Virus record (IMG/VR): IMGVR_UViG_3300045125_000168 | Location: 124,001 to 188,000 of that record | Length of the DNA: 64,000 nucleotides | Direction: 5' to 3' (one strand) | Shown here: positions 43,940-55,095 of the stretch, piece after piece | Layout: each line of letters opens with the position of its first letter | How positions within the stretch are numbered: position 1 is the stretch's first letter | Translations under genes and position numbers: made by a program | The notes under the pieces: generated by a model | What the model was told of the DNA's origin: nothing | The model's input: the letters and a program-made list of their open reading frames with translations, nothing else | Databases searched by the model: none

Positions 43940-46900
43940 TTAGCGAGCAAGTTGAACTAGAAGACGAAATAACTCTTCTTTTGCGTGATGTTGAACTTTG
44001 GCGTTCTGAATCGGGTTTGGAATGTTACGCGAGTGTTGCGGCAATCGGTATTTGAATCGCGTATTTTGTTGCTCGTTCTTATGCTCATCCGTCAACTTTT
44101 GCTCCGACACCAAATGCTTGATGTGTTCTTTGACCGTATCGTTTCCTACGATATATGTCTTGTCGATAACAGCCTGGGAGATTGCATTTTGATGGTGACT
44201 GTTGGTGATGGCATCCGCAAGCATAATCGCCCTGTCTTCAGTCACATAATCAGCGGAGATAAAAGGAAGGACCGAGCCTCGCCTTTCAGAGCTTACTTTT
44301 TCAAAAACTTTTGGTGCCTCATCGGGAGCAATCTTCAACAGATCAAAAATGATGAGTCAGGTCTAGTTTTTCTGCGTGAGACAACGCGACCGCAGCTTCC
44401 TCTTTGCTTGGCTTGAAATCTTTCAGCGAGAGATTGTTGACAATACCAGGATTGTTGAACATCTTTAGCCGTTGATCGGCACCGAGAAAAGGACCAACGA
44501 TACTGGTGATGGTTTCAAAATCGTTGTAGAATCGCGATTTCGTCCAATCCTTGCGCGTGTAAAGATCGGCGAGAAATGCGCCATTTTCTGGATCTTCCGC
44601 CAGTTTTCGGAAAGAAATCTCTATGATCTCGGTGTCGGTCGAAGTCTCGGCAATCTTGCGGATCTCAGGATACGCGAGGTTACCAGACTGTTGAATAAGA
44701 AAGCGTAGAGTGTATCGATTGTACCCGCTTTTCTTCAAAGCCTGTGCCGCTGTCTCAGGCGCAATGGAAAAATCATCGGCTTCAACCGAACGTTCATAAA
44801 ATTATTGAAAAATTCTGGGCTTCTACAATTTTATTCTCTATCGTCCTGTTGTCATGTGATCTTTCAGAAGACTGTAAAGACGCGGATGCCTCTGCCGACC
44901 CGGATGGTGCAGGTGGCGTAATAAAAGTGTCAATTAAGAACCGATGGTTTGCCTTATCCTTTACAAGTGTTTCGTAGGCTTTATGAACCAAGTTTGTCGC
45001 TTATTCCTTTTGCCGCGATATCTTTTAAAAACTCTGGGTCTTGGATTTTTGGTATAATTTTCTCGGCAATTTGTTCTTCGCCCCAGTCTTTTGCCTCCAG
45101 GACATAGTTTTCAAGATGTCTTGATTCTTAATTCGCGAGGCGAGATTGGACACCACTTTTTCGTCTTTGGCTTTGAGGAACGCTTGTTCTAACGTCTTCA
45201 TATCGTCTTTAAAGGCGGGGAGCGCATCAGCACCGATGTTTGGATCATTGAAGAGAACAGATTTCAAAACCTTGAGGTCTTTAACATAGGGAAGTGCCGC
45301 TTTGCGCACGTCAGGGTCTACACTTTTGAGAGTCAATTCCGCATATTGTTCAGGACTCAGAGACGCTATCTTATGAAAGGCTTTCAAACCTAAATTGCTG
45401 TTTTCGAGCGCGATCTTATAAAGGTTTTCTGGCTTCTTGATATTTTTCAAGCATTTTGTGATTGATGTGTTTGATGCCAGAATTTTCGATCAGGAAATCC
45501 TCGTCTTTGATATGTTTGAGAATTTCATCTCGAAATTCTTCCTTTGTCTTATAGTATTTCATCAAGAGTTTTTGATCGTCGGCGATTTTGTCGATCAAAA
45601 GATCTCTTCTATCTAACTTATATTTCTTATCTCCTCCGATTTTGCCGTCTAATATCTTCACCACGGTCTTCTTGTCGAGCTTCCTAAGACCGTAGCTATG
45701 TGTGTCGTCGTCATCGAAATCATTGACGAGATACTCGGCAATTTTCTCTGGATTCTTGCGGAGCTTCAGATCAAGATATGACGAACACCCTTATTTCTTT
45801 CTTTCATCAAGAGCTTGAGAAGGATGTCGGGGTCCTCAATGTTCTTTATAATTTTTTCGCGTGGACCACTCTTCTTCTCTTTCTTGAGGAGACTTTCTAA
45901 ATAGGCGATATCCTCAATCACGGAGAGCGCCTGATAGTCTGCGGTTTTCTCATAGTATTTCTTAATGAAATCCTGGTTTTTAGCAAGTTTCGCGAGCCAG
46001 TCTTTGCTTAATTTCCCACCCTTAAGGGCCTCTTCCATCACGTATTTTTTATCTTCAATATGGTCGAGTGTTAGGTTGAAGTTAGCGCCATTGCTCGTCC
46101 TTAATCTAGCCCTCTGCTCTTTTTTCCAAGCATCGTCATCAATATACGCCCAAAGCTCGGGTTCAGTCTTGGCGATGTCTTTGATTTTTGATTTGTCTTC
46201 CAGGCGCGGCAGAACGATTTCCGGTGCCTCAACGACAAATTTTTTGAGAAAGGTTTTGATCTTTGGAGATACTGAGTGCGAGCAAAAATAAGTCGTCTTC
46301 GCGAGAATGATACCTGCGTTCTTTCAAGTTTTGGTCGCAGCTTTTTTCACCAGCTTCCGTCCCTCGCAGCTTATACAATGCGATTGCTCCTAGCGTCCTC
46401 TGTATGCATACCATCAACTTGCAGAATTTTTTCTAAAACCTTTTTATCTTGAGATTTGAGAGCAAGAGCGGTAGCTAGTCTGCGAAATTGATCTTTACTG
46501 TAAGCCATGCCAATTTTCCGGATCAGCTTCTGATCGGTCACACCTTCTAACAGATCAGAATGATAATCATGATCCAAAGATGGGTGTTCAAATCAAATCG
46601 ACGAGCGTATTTTTCGTTTTCGATCTTTTTCAACGCCTCTTCGGTCTGAATTTTACCAAAATTTTTGACGATAAAATTTTGATCTTTCAAGAGCTTACTA
46701 AGTTCTGAGGCCGGAAAATTTGACATATCCCACGGTCGGGCTAAGAAAAGCTCTTGGGCATCTTTTCGAGGAGTTAGTTTCCTTGCGGCTAGGCGCTTAA
46801 CCGATTCGTAACTTTTGAAAGAATTAGTTTTTCAAAAAGGCGACGTCCTGGACCTTTTCTAACGCGGCTAATTTGTCGTGTACTTTCTTGGATTTTAGAA

Positions 46901-47210
46901 CGGCTTCCTGATGGGCCTTTTCAACTTCTGGGGAATTTTTCTTTGGCGCATTCTTTTTGCTTTTTCTGACGTGAATCGCTGTCGTCTTCGTCGGTGTCCC
47001 CCTCGTCATCCTGCTTTTCAAATGTTTTGATGCTCTTATGTTTCTCAAAGTTTTATTTTTCTGGACAATCATTGCAGGTCGTCGATAGACTTGATTTGCT
47101 TTTCAACGTGGATTCCTCTTCCCAGGTTCATAAAAGTGCCAAGAGTTACCCCAACCCAAGACCGCATATCGTTCTGCCACTTTTTCCAAAAGTTGAGTCA
47201 AGGAAGCCAT
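43940..47210 (-). CDS. Leader-bearing large alpha-helical repeat protein (heavily frameshifted)
   Basis: MASLTQLLEKVAERYAVLG; many fragments with I.D..IL..I helical repeats. Confidence 0.55.
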
Positions 47211-47263
47211 ATTTGCAGCCCTCAGAAATATGAGTAGGGAGTTTGGAAAAATAATCTTAGAGC

Positions 47264-47296
47264 AAAAAAAGCCGAAGGGTCAAACCCTTCGGCTTC
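47264..47296 (-). terminator. Terminator after the scaffold gene
   Basis: AAGCCGAAGGG-TTTGA-CCCTTCGGCTTTTTTT. Confidence 0.8.
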
Positions 47297-47312
47297 CTCC
47301 AGGAGAACCTAA

Positions 47313-49905
47313 TTAAAAACTTACGGCTAAGTTGGAGACGACTACGGAGCATTTGTTCTGCTCACGAGCACTCATCGAGTCGAAAGCAGCTTGGATTTCA
47401 CGTTCCGCCATCGGGCTTCATGAGCAGGCTCAACCGGAGCAAGCGGCATAGAAGTACGGGCCAAACGGTCACGCAGGGTCTCGGTGGCAGTTCGTGACTT
47501 GAGACCTTGCGATGTTGCTCGCAGAGGTCACCATCTTCTTCGTCATCGCGAGGCTTCTTTTGGCATTTCCAGATACTCGTTGGCATCAGCCACAACTTGA
47601 TCGATGAACGGTTCAAAGGCTTCAGCCGAAGCATTCTTCGACGATCAAAGCAGGATTGTGGATGCCAAAGGGATCACAAGACGCTCCACGAAGGCTTTCT
47701 TGGGAGCGTTTGGTTTGTCGGCGAGCAGACCTTTGTTCAGGCTTTCAGCGGCCACGACCATAGCCTCAGTAAAGTCATTTCGCAGCGAAGCCAAGCGATC
47801 CTTGCGCTCAGGAAGCCAGAGAAGCAAGAGCTTCTTCTTTCATCTTACCTGCAGAGATTACCTTTGGTCACGGCGTTAGCGTAAAGCGGGCTTTCACGCC
47901 TTGCAGCATTTTCACGAAGACCGACTTTCTCAACGGTCTGAGCCACAACATTCCGGCCACTTCGCGTCGTCTGAAGAACGCAGCAACGTCTTCGGCGTGA
48001 TCTTGATCGGCAAGGTGAACTTCAGCAACAGAGCTTGCCTGCGGCTTGGATGACCCGATAAGGATCCAGCATGGTCAGACCCAGAACGTGAAAGCTTAAG
48101 AGCTTCGCGGCCTGGTTGCTTACATCCGAGACTATCAAAAGGACTGGAGCACTTCATAGTGCATGGCCTCGAGACTCCTGAGCTTCTTCCGCAGGTTTTT
48201 CTTCTGCGTGTTCCTCTTCGTGGTGCTCTTCATGCTCTTCTTCGTGGTGCTCTTCGTGCTCGGCAGGAGCTTTAGGAGCCTCTTCTGCCATCTCGTCCTC
48301 AGCAGGCACATATTCATCATCAGCCATCGGCTCACTGTCGAGTGTGTCTTCGATCGATTCTTCATCGACCTTATCCATCGCGTCAGCGATCTCAGCTGCG
48401 AGTTCTTCGTCTTTTAGCTCTTCAGCGATGATTTTTTGGCCGTGGAGAGACAGCCAGTGGATACCTGCGAGCAGGCTGCGGCCTTCGCTCACAAGGCTAC
48501 GACGCTCGGAAGCGGTGACTTGTTTACGGTCGAGGGAGTGAACGTCTTTGAGAGCGGCAGCCACTTCTTTTTCGAGGTTTTCAAGACGTTTTGCAGTAGC
48601 AAGAGCCGCCTTGAACTTTCCTGCGCGAGCCAAAGCACGAACCTTGCGGAACATGGCTTCTGCTTTCGCAGCTTCGTCTTTGTCACTGTCGATCGATTCT
48701 TGAGCGGCCTGAGGTAATTTCATTTCTTCGTCCTCCGAGTCTTCGTCATGGCTTGCGTCTTCTTCGTTAGCGAAACCCGCGTTCTTCTCTTCGTCATCCG
48801 CTGCTTCGGGAAGAGGAGCAGCGTGTTCCTCACTGGCAAGAGCCGCGAGTCCTTCGCGAGCCAGTTCAAAGTCACCTTTTTTGAGCAAAGCAGCGACCGT
48901 GCGGGTAGCCTTCAGGCGTTCTGCTTTTTTGAGGCAAGCGGTAGCCTTGGCGATATCACCTTGGCGAGCGGCAGCTTCCGCTGCGCTTTGAGCCTCTAGC
49001 TCGTCATGGCTTGGATCTTCAACCACCAATTCTTCTTTACCAGCTTCGGCTTCGTCTTCCAAAATCTCGTCAGAGGCTTCGCAGTGCTCTTCCCCTGGCG
49101 CACATTCTTTGGCTTTTGCCATCATGTCTTCGGCAGCTTTCATCATGCTTGCAGCTTTGGACTGATCGGCAGTCGGGTCTTTCATCATTTCTTCGGCAGC
49201 TTTCATCAGGTAGCAGGCTTTTTCAGCCTCAGCCTTTTTGCCTTCATCAGCGATAGCTTTGGCTTCTTCTTCCATCACTTCACTTTTGCAGACTTCACCT
49301 GATTTCTCATCGCACTCTTCAAGATCCGCTAGGATCTCTTCGAGGGCGCGAGCGCGAACGAGGTCGCCTTTTTTCTTAAGATTTGCCTTGAGCGTGGCCA
49401 AGGCTTCGCGTTGCGAGACCTTCATATCGTTATCCTCATCTTGTGGCTCTTGCGACATATTATAAGCCGTTAGGTACTTCCGAGCTTCAACAATGTAACC
49501 ACCGTTGAGCAACACGTTCGCAAGAATCGAAACTGTTTCGTTGCTTGCATCCGCGAAGTCTGCGTGGTCCTCTGGTGACTCCAGATAATCTCCACCAGCC
49601 GTAAAAGCTGCATCAGGCGCACCTGTCGGTGGCAATTCAGCAATCACGCTTGCAGCGATCTGCACAGATTCACCGTCTCGTTCGTGAACAAACGCTTCGA
49701 CCGCAGCACCAAGATAGGTGTGAGCCAAAGTGTAGTTCGGTTTTTCCTCACGAAGTAGCTTGGCCGCATGAGCTAAAAGTCTATGAGCCACAGGTTTTGA
49801 TGGGGCTTTGTTGTGATTTAAAACCTTTTCCAAGGCTTCCACTTCAGCCAATAAAACTGTGTCCCCACGATTTTTTAGCTCGCGCAGCGCATTTTTCAAT
49901 GTCAT
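47313..49905 (-). CDS. Probable prohead scaffold/core protein (frameshifted beyond 48154)
   Basis: Very Glu/Ala-rich coiled-coil protein, highly expressed codon usage, strong RBS and terminator. Confidence 0.6.
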
Positions 49906-50009
49906 GACGGATCTCCTGGAGAAATAAGTTCGCGCTGCTCAACACCTAATGGTAATAATGACGACAACCTCGTGGAGGAGGTTAGAAACTGAAATCGAAT
50001 ATTGAATCT

Positions 50010-50279
50010 TTACGCTTTAGCTTGTCCTTGCATCCGAGCTTGTTGCGACTTCAGGGCTTCTGAAAGACGCAGGGGTCGCCCACTCACTTCTTTACCTTGC
50101 ATCTCTTGCAAGGCCAGTTCTCCTTCTTTGACCTCGATAAAGCCATACCCTTTTGACCGACCAGTTTCGCGGTCTTTGATGATACGGATTGACCCAGGGC
50201 GAACACCATAAGGTTGGAATGCTGCCTCTAGTTCTTGTTCCGTAACCTTCCATGCTAAGTTTCCCAGATAAAGGCGCAT
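50010..50279 (-). CDS. RRM RNA-binding protein
   Basis: RNP2 LYLGNL and RNP1 KGYGFIEV. Confidence 0.9.
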   Translation of the reverse strand: MRLYLGNLAWKVTEQELEAAFQPYGVRPGSIRIIKDRETGRSKGYGFIEVKEGELALQEMQGKEVSGRPLRLSEALKSQQARMQGQAKA

Positions 50280-50427
50280 CACTGTGGGCTCCTGACTCCG
50301 TGTTTGTTGAAGTAACAAACAAAAACCCTTTAAATATCCCTAAAAGGGTTTGGAGTAACCGACCCACACCGATCTGGGGTGGGCTAAAAATTAAAAATCT
50401 CTTTTTTAATCTTGGACATGATTCTCT

Positions 50428-50817
50428 TTAGGTAATTTCGCTCCGCAGCAGTGACACCAGAAGTCCCGATCCTTTCAAAATCAGATGCATATTCTGCATC
50501 GTTTCGGAACCACATTGCGGGCATTCTACTTTTTGCAAATAGTCTTTTTTGAGATCATCCCTCAGCAGGCGCTCAAGCTGCATCGGGGTAAGCTCTTCAA
50601 TAAAACGCGCATACTTGCCCGAGAGAGGGCTGAAAGGATCAAGCCCCATCTCGGCATAGTATTGCTTCCCAGTCTCTGGGTCTTCATAAAGCCCGTAAGA
50701 AAACCCGCATCCGGTGGTGGTCCTCGAAAGAGATACACCGGACGATATGGCTGGTAATCGGTGGGTTTCTGGGTGTAAGGAAGTAGGCCCCCCACCAAAT
50801 CCTAAAATTAGTTTCAT
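50428..50817 (-). CDS. Hypothetical protein with CPQCG Zn ribbon
   Basis: 129-aa ORF. Confidence 0.5.
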   Translation of the reverse strand: MKLILGFGGGPTSLHPETHRLPAISSGVSLSRTTTGCGFSYGLYEDPETGKQYYAEMGLDPFSPLSGKYARFIEELTPMQLERLLRDDLKKDYLQKVECPQCGSETMQNMHLILKGSGLLVSLLRSEIT

Positions 50818-51583
50818 GACGGGCGACTCATGGTTTTAACATAATCCGAGCCTAGAATCTGCGTGACCGCACCCAACGCCCATTTTTCCCAGGTTTTCTG
50901 CGATTTCGTCGGAGCGAGACTGCTCGTGACTTCCAGAACGCGAAGATCGGACACATCCTTCGCGGCTTTGGCCAAGGTCACAATCTTTTCTCGGGGTAGT
51001 TCATAACGACTCCATGCGAGAGCAGATCCTGCATGGTCCAAGACCTCTTCGGCAATCGTTAGAAGCTCACGACGCAAACCCAAGTGGCAAGCGTCTTCAC
51101 TTGCAGAAGCCACGACAGGGGCTGGAAGCTCCAAGTCACCGACCGTCCAGTCCTGCTTCAGGTTGTAAGTGCAGATCACCGAGGCTTGGTCTTTCTGGGC
51201 GATCGCGACTTTCGCGTTCAACTCTTCAGCACCGATGGTGAACTCGCCAAGCGGAACAGCCGCGCCTTTGGTTTCCATCAGAAGAGCGTTGATCTCGTCT
51301 TGGAACGCTTTGAAAGCCGGGTTCAAATCTTGCTCTAGCTTGGTCAAAGCCGCTAAAATGCGCGATTTCGGGTCGATCGGTGCGGCTTCTTCTGGCGCAG
51401 GCGCAGCTTCTTCCTCAGCTTGCTCCTCGGCCTCTGGCGCTTCCTCGGGTTCCTCAGCAGGGGCCTCGGCAACCTCTTGGAGTGCGATCACGGCGAGGCG
51501 TTCCGCATCTTTTTTGAGATCGATCCTGCCTCAACCTTTTTTCTTAATTCAGACAAAAACGCTAGAGTATGAGCGCGTTGCAT
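50814..51583 (-). CDS. Acidic protein with leader-like N-terminus (frameshifted)
   Basis: MQRAHTLAFLSELRKKVEA joins ORF 50814..51491. Confidence 0.55.
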
Positions 51584-51595
51584 ACCACCGTCTCC

Positions 51596-52077
51596 TTAGA
51601 GTTCGTTGCGCAGAAGGGATTGAAGCTCGTGCGTGTGTTCCTGCTCTTTGGCCAGGATGTTTTCTAATTCTATTTTAAGGGGGAGTCTTCGCCAAGCTGC
51701 GAAATGATCTTCCCGTATAAGGCAACAGCCTCTTGCTCAAACTTGAGTTGCAACCGAATCAGGTCTTCAATCTTAGACCCCTTCGGAAGCTCGGGAATGA
51801 TGTGGCGCTTGACCGTAGGTCGTTCACCCATTCCGACGATGTAGCGTTGCAGGAGAGAAATATGCGAGGCTTCTTCTCCGGCATTTTCCTCGAAATCCGC
51901 AGCAATCGCTGGGCTACAAAGACCGAGGAGCGATTCTTTATAGGCGTAGTAAAGATCCCACTGCCTAAATTCGCCCATCAAGGCTTCTTGCAAAAGTCCA
52001 AGAACCCCCACGTCCTGAGCCGATAAGAGATCGGCAGGAGTAGCGGCTAAGACATATAATTTGCGCAAGAAAGACAT
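51596..52077 (-). CDS. Leader-bearing ferritin/bacterioferritin-like protein (frameshift near 3' end)
   Basis: MSFLRKLYVLA; E...Y, EEASH, E.EAVALY and EQEH di-iron ligand pattern. Confidence 0.75.
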
Positions 52078-52112
52078 AAGCTCTACCTTTATCAATATAA
52101 ATCTTGCCCGAC

Positions 52113-52388
52113 TTATTTTTTCAAACTGCTGAGATACAACCACTTCGCAAGAGCCGTGCGAATCTGTTTTTTGACGACCGCGAACTGCTCGGCGTTCTGA
52201 GCTTTTTCCAACTCTGTTTTAACTTTGTTCTCAATGCGAGATAAGTGACCAGCAAAGTCACTGCGCATTTTGTCTAAATCTTGGTTGACCACTTTCCACG
52301 CCTCTTCACCCAAAAACTCTTTGGTCGCGGGCGATAAGGTCGAACCAAGCGCCTTTTTGCGGTTGACTTTTTTCAAGAATGAAACCAT
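52113..52388 (-). CDS. Leader-bearing hypothetical protein
   Basis: MVSFLKKVNRKKALG; AAGATT at 52421-52426. Confidence 0.6.
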   Translation of the reverse strand: MVSFLKKVNRKKALGSTLSPATKEFLGEEAWKVVNQDLDKMRSDFAGHLSRIENKVKTELEKAQNAEQFAVVKKQIRTALAKWLYLSSLKK

Positions 52389-52417
52389 ACGGTGCCCCCT
52401 TCGCAAATCGATCAAAG

Positions 52418-52945
52418 CTAAATCTTGATGAGAGGCCAACTCTGATCGCGGGGATTGACTAAGAGAGGAGTCTCAGGCCATTCGATACCAAGCGCAGGGT
52501 CATCCCACCGGAGACCGTCTTCGGCACTTTTTTCATAAGGGTAATCGACTTTGTACTGAACGATCGCCGTTTCAGACAGAACTAGAAAGCCGTGGGCCAA
52601 ACCTTTGGGGACATAAAGACTCCAGTGGTTGTCCTCATTAAGATGAAACCCAGCCCATTTCAGATAGCTCGGGGAGTCAGGTCGAAGGTCCACAATCACG
52701 TCATAGATGGAACCCGCAACACACCGCACGAGTTTCGCCTGAGCCGATCCACCTTTTTGAAAGTGCAAGCCTCGCAAGGTGCCTTTCATGCTTTTGGACT
52801 GATTGTCTTGAATCCATCTCTCGTGGATGCCTGCGGAGCGGAAGTCTGACAGATTGTACGGGACCAAAAAATGTCCTCGGTCATCCGAAAAAACATCAGG
52901 CTTAAAGATGCAGGCTTGATAGACAGAAGTTGTCAACTTTTCCAC
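52418..52945 (-). CDS. rmlC: dTDP-4-dehydrorhamnose 3,5-epimerase
   Basis: DDRGHF, QDNQSKS, LRGLHFQ, QAKLVRC, GLAHGF. Confidence 0.95.
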   Translation of the reverse strand: MEKLTTSVYQACIFKPDVFSDDRGHFLVPYNLSDFRSAGIHERWIQDNQSKSMKGTLRGLHFQKGGSAQAKLVRCVAGSIYDVIVDLRPDSPSYLKWAGFHLNEDNHWSLYVPKGLAHGFLVLSETAIVQYKVDYPYEKSAEDGLRWDDPALGIEWPETPLLVNPRDQSWPLIKI

Positions 52946-53826
52946 AAGCGACCCTTTTCTTGGAGTTCCTCTAAGTGTTCGACTAACCTAATCTTCCAAT
53001 CGACGATATGCTGCGGAGCTAGGGCTTGTGCCTTGGTGGTGTCCAGGGCCGAGAAGGTCGGACGCAAGGCGCGGGCGCGGTGCTCATCACTACTTAAAAA
53101 CGGCTTGACTTTCAGATCGATATTCACCACGGCACTGAGATAGGACGCAATCACCTGAGCCTGATCGCAGCGCGAGGGCACCGTCGTCGCAGAACCCGAA
53201 ACATGGATTAGACCCCGAAGCCGAGCGTCACTGAGCGCCTGGACAATAAAGCCTGCGACATCCTGAGCGTGAGTTGGAAAGCCAAATTGATCGGATACCA
53301 CGGGTATAGAGTTTGAGTTCTTTAAATTGCGGACAATCGCTTCCGGGAACGACGCCCGTGCTCGACCGTACACCCAACTGGTGCGCACCAAAAGAAAAGG
53401 TTTTAAACAGTGCCTGAGAAATAGCTCTTCCCCGAGTAATTTGGTCAGACCATAGACCTGAATCGGCCCCGCTTGGTCGTCCTCACGGTAAGGGATGTGG
53501 TGCTCTTTGCCACCAAAGATATAGTCCGTCGAGATATGCACCACGAGCTTACAGGCTTGAAGCTCCGAACAGACCTTGGCTACCCGTTCGGCAAGAGCCG
53601 CGTTGAGTAGGAAGGCTTGGTGCAAATGCTGCTCGGCCTGATCGACGTTGGTGTAGGCCGCAGCATTGATGACCACTTCAGGGTTCACCGACCGCAGATA
53701 GAACTCCAGGGCCTCTAGGTTCGAGAGGTCACACTCCTGTCTCGTGGGGGCTAAGACAGGGTAGCCGTGCAAAAGTCGCCTAAGCTCCGTGCCGATCAGC
53801 CCTGAGCCACCCAGAATCACGATCAT
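52933..53826 (-). CDS. rmlD: dTDP-4-dehydrorhamnose reductase
   Basis: GGSGLIG, NAAAYTNVD, HISTDYIF, YGLTKLLGE, RTSWVY. Confidence 0.95.
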   Translation of the reverse strand: MIVILGGSGLIGTELRRLLHGYPVLAPTRQECDLSNLEALEFYLRSVNPEVVINAAAYTNVDQAEQHLHQAFLLNAALAERVAKVCSELQACKLVVHISTDYIFGGKEHHIPYREDDQAGPIQVYGLTKLLGEELFLRHCLKPFLLVRTSWVYGRARASFPEAIVRNLKNSNSIPVVSDQFGFPTHAQDVAGFIVQALSDARLRGLIHVSGSATTVPSRCDQAQVIASYLSAVVNIDLKVKPFLSSDEHRARALRPTFSALDTTKAQALAPQHIVDWKIRLVEHLEELQEKGRLWKS

Positions 53827-53980
53827 GTCGAACCTCGCTTGGATTGCTTGACAAACATCTTAGCTTGCTTTTAATTTGTAGACAAATCGCTAAAGCTACT
53901 TTGTGTACGGTAAAAAGGTGTTCTCATGGAGGGCACCTTTTTTGTCCCAAAAGATTCAACACGACCTAGAGGAGTCTTTC

Positions 53981-54471
53981 ATGCAGACCTTCCTGAAACG
54001 TGTTGCTGATAGATATAGTGTCGTGGCTGAGATTGGCTCGGGCAAACACGCCCTGACAACCGACGAGAGCGGGAAGTTTTGGGGGAACGCAGGTGCAGGG
54101 GGAGTGTTTTGGGCTAAGGAGACGGGCCGTATCCTTCTAGCGTACCGCAGCGCCTTGGTGAATGAGCCGCACACTTGGGGTGTGTGGGGTGGGGCCGTGG
54201 ACAAGGGCGAATCGCCAGAAGATACCGTGAGACGAGAAATCAAAGAAGAGACCAAGTACGCTGGGGCCTATCAACTCAAGCCGCTCTACGTCTACCAAAA
54301 CGGCAACTTTCGTTATCACAATTTTCTTATTACCGTGCCAAAAGAGTTTGACCCGATCCTCTGCTGGGAAACCGAAGACTTTGGATGGTTTGACTTAGGG
54401 GCTTTCCTAAGCCGCTGCACTTCGGTCTCAAAGCTCTTTTGCCGCACTTAGAAAAAGAAATCAAAAGGTGA
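53981..54471 (+). CDS. Leader-bearing Nudix hydrolase
   Basis: MQTFLKRVADRYSVVAE; Nudix box GAVDKGESPEDTVRREIKEET. Confidence 0.9.
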
Positions 54472-54476
54472 CCCCT

Positions 54477-55067
54477 ATGTTGTACAGCTTCCTTGAACAG
54501 GTATCGGCAAAGTACGCCGTGATTGCTGAACCCACCCTGACCCTGTGGCATGGTGGTAACCTGGAGTTTTCCTCGGAAAGCATCTCACATCGGGGTGGTA
54601 GATGGGAGCACGGTCCTGGCCTTTATCTCACCACGCACTATGATACAGCAAAAAAATATGCCAAAGGGTCTCGCAAGCTCTATCAAGTTGTCGTTCGGGA
54701 GGGAAAAGATCTTTCCGACGTGAACTTACCGATCGATGCTGTTCATGCTTTTATAGATGAGTATTTTATTCGAGCGCGTAAGCGAGACTTGTTAGCGCGA
54801 ATCGAAAAGCATGTGGTGAATAACAAAATCAACGCCGAGACTTTTTTGAATATTACGATCAATGAAAATGGCATCAGAAACACGGATACCGATCGGTTGA
54901 GAAATTTTTTAGTCCAGCAAGGAGCCGACTATCTGGTTGTGGATAACCCTTTTGGTTGGGGCGAAAGAATGCTTGTGCTTTTCAACATGAAAAACATGGT
55001 TAGTAAGAAAAGAATAACGCCAAAAGACACTATTGAAGTGTTTGATCTGCCGAAAGAGTTTGCCTAA
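54477..55067 (+). CDS. Leader-bearing ADP-ribosyltransferase-like protein (H-Y type, ART-PolyVal-like)
   Basis: MLYSFLEQVSAKYAVIAE; LWHGG...GPGLYLT...AKKYA...LVLFN. Confidence 0.65.
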   Translation: MLYSFLEQVSAKYAVIAEPTLTLWHGGNLEFSSESISHRGGRWEHGPGLYLTTHYDTAKKYAKGSRKLYQVVVREGKDLSDVNLPIDAVHAFIDEYFIRARKRDLLARIEKHVVNNKINAETFLNITINENGIRNTDTDRLRNFLVQQGADYLVVDNPFGWGERMLVLFNMKNMVSKKRITPKDTIEVFDLPKEFA

Positions 55068-55095
55068 TTTCGCAGATGATCTTTTTTGCGGTCCC

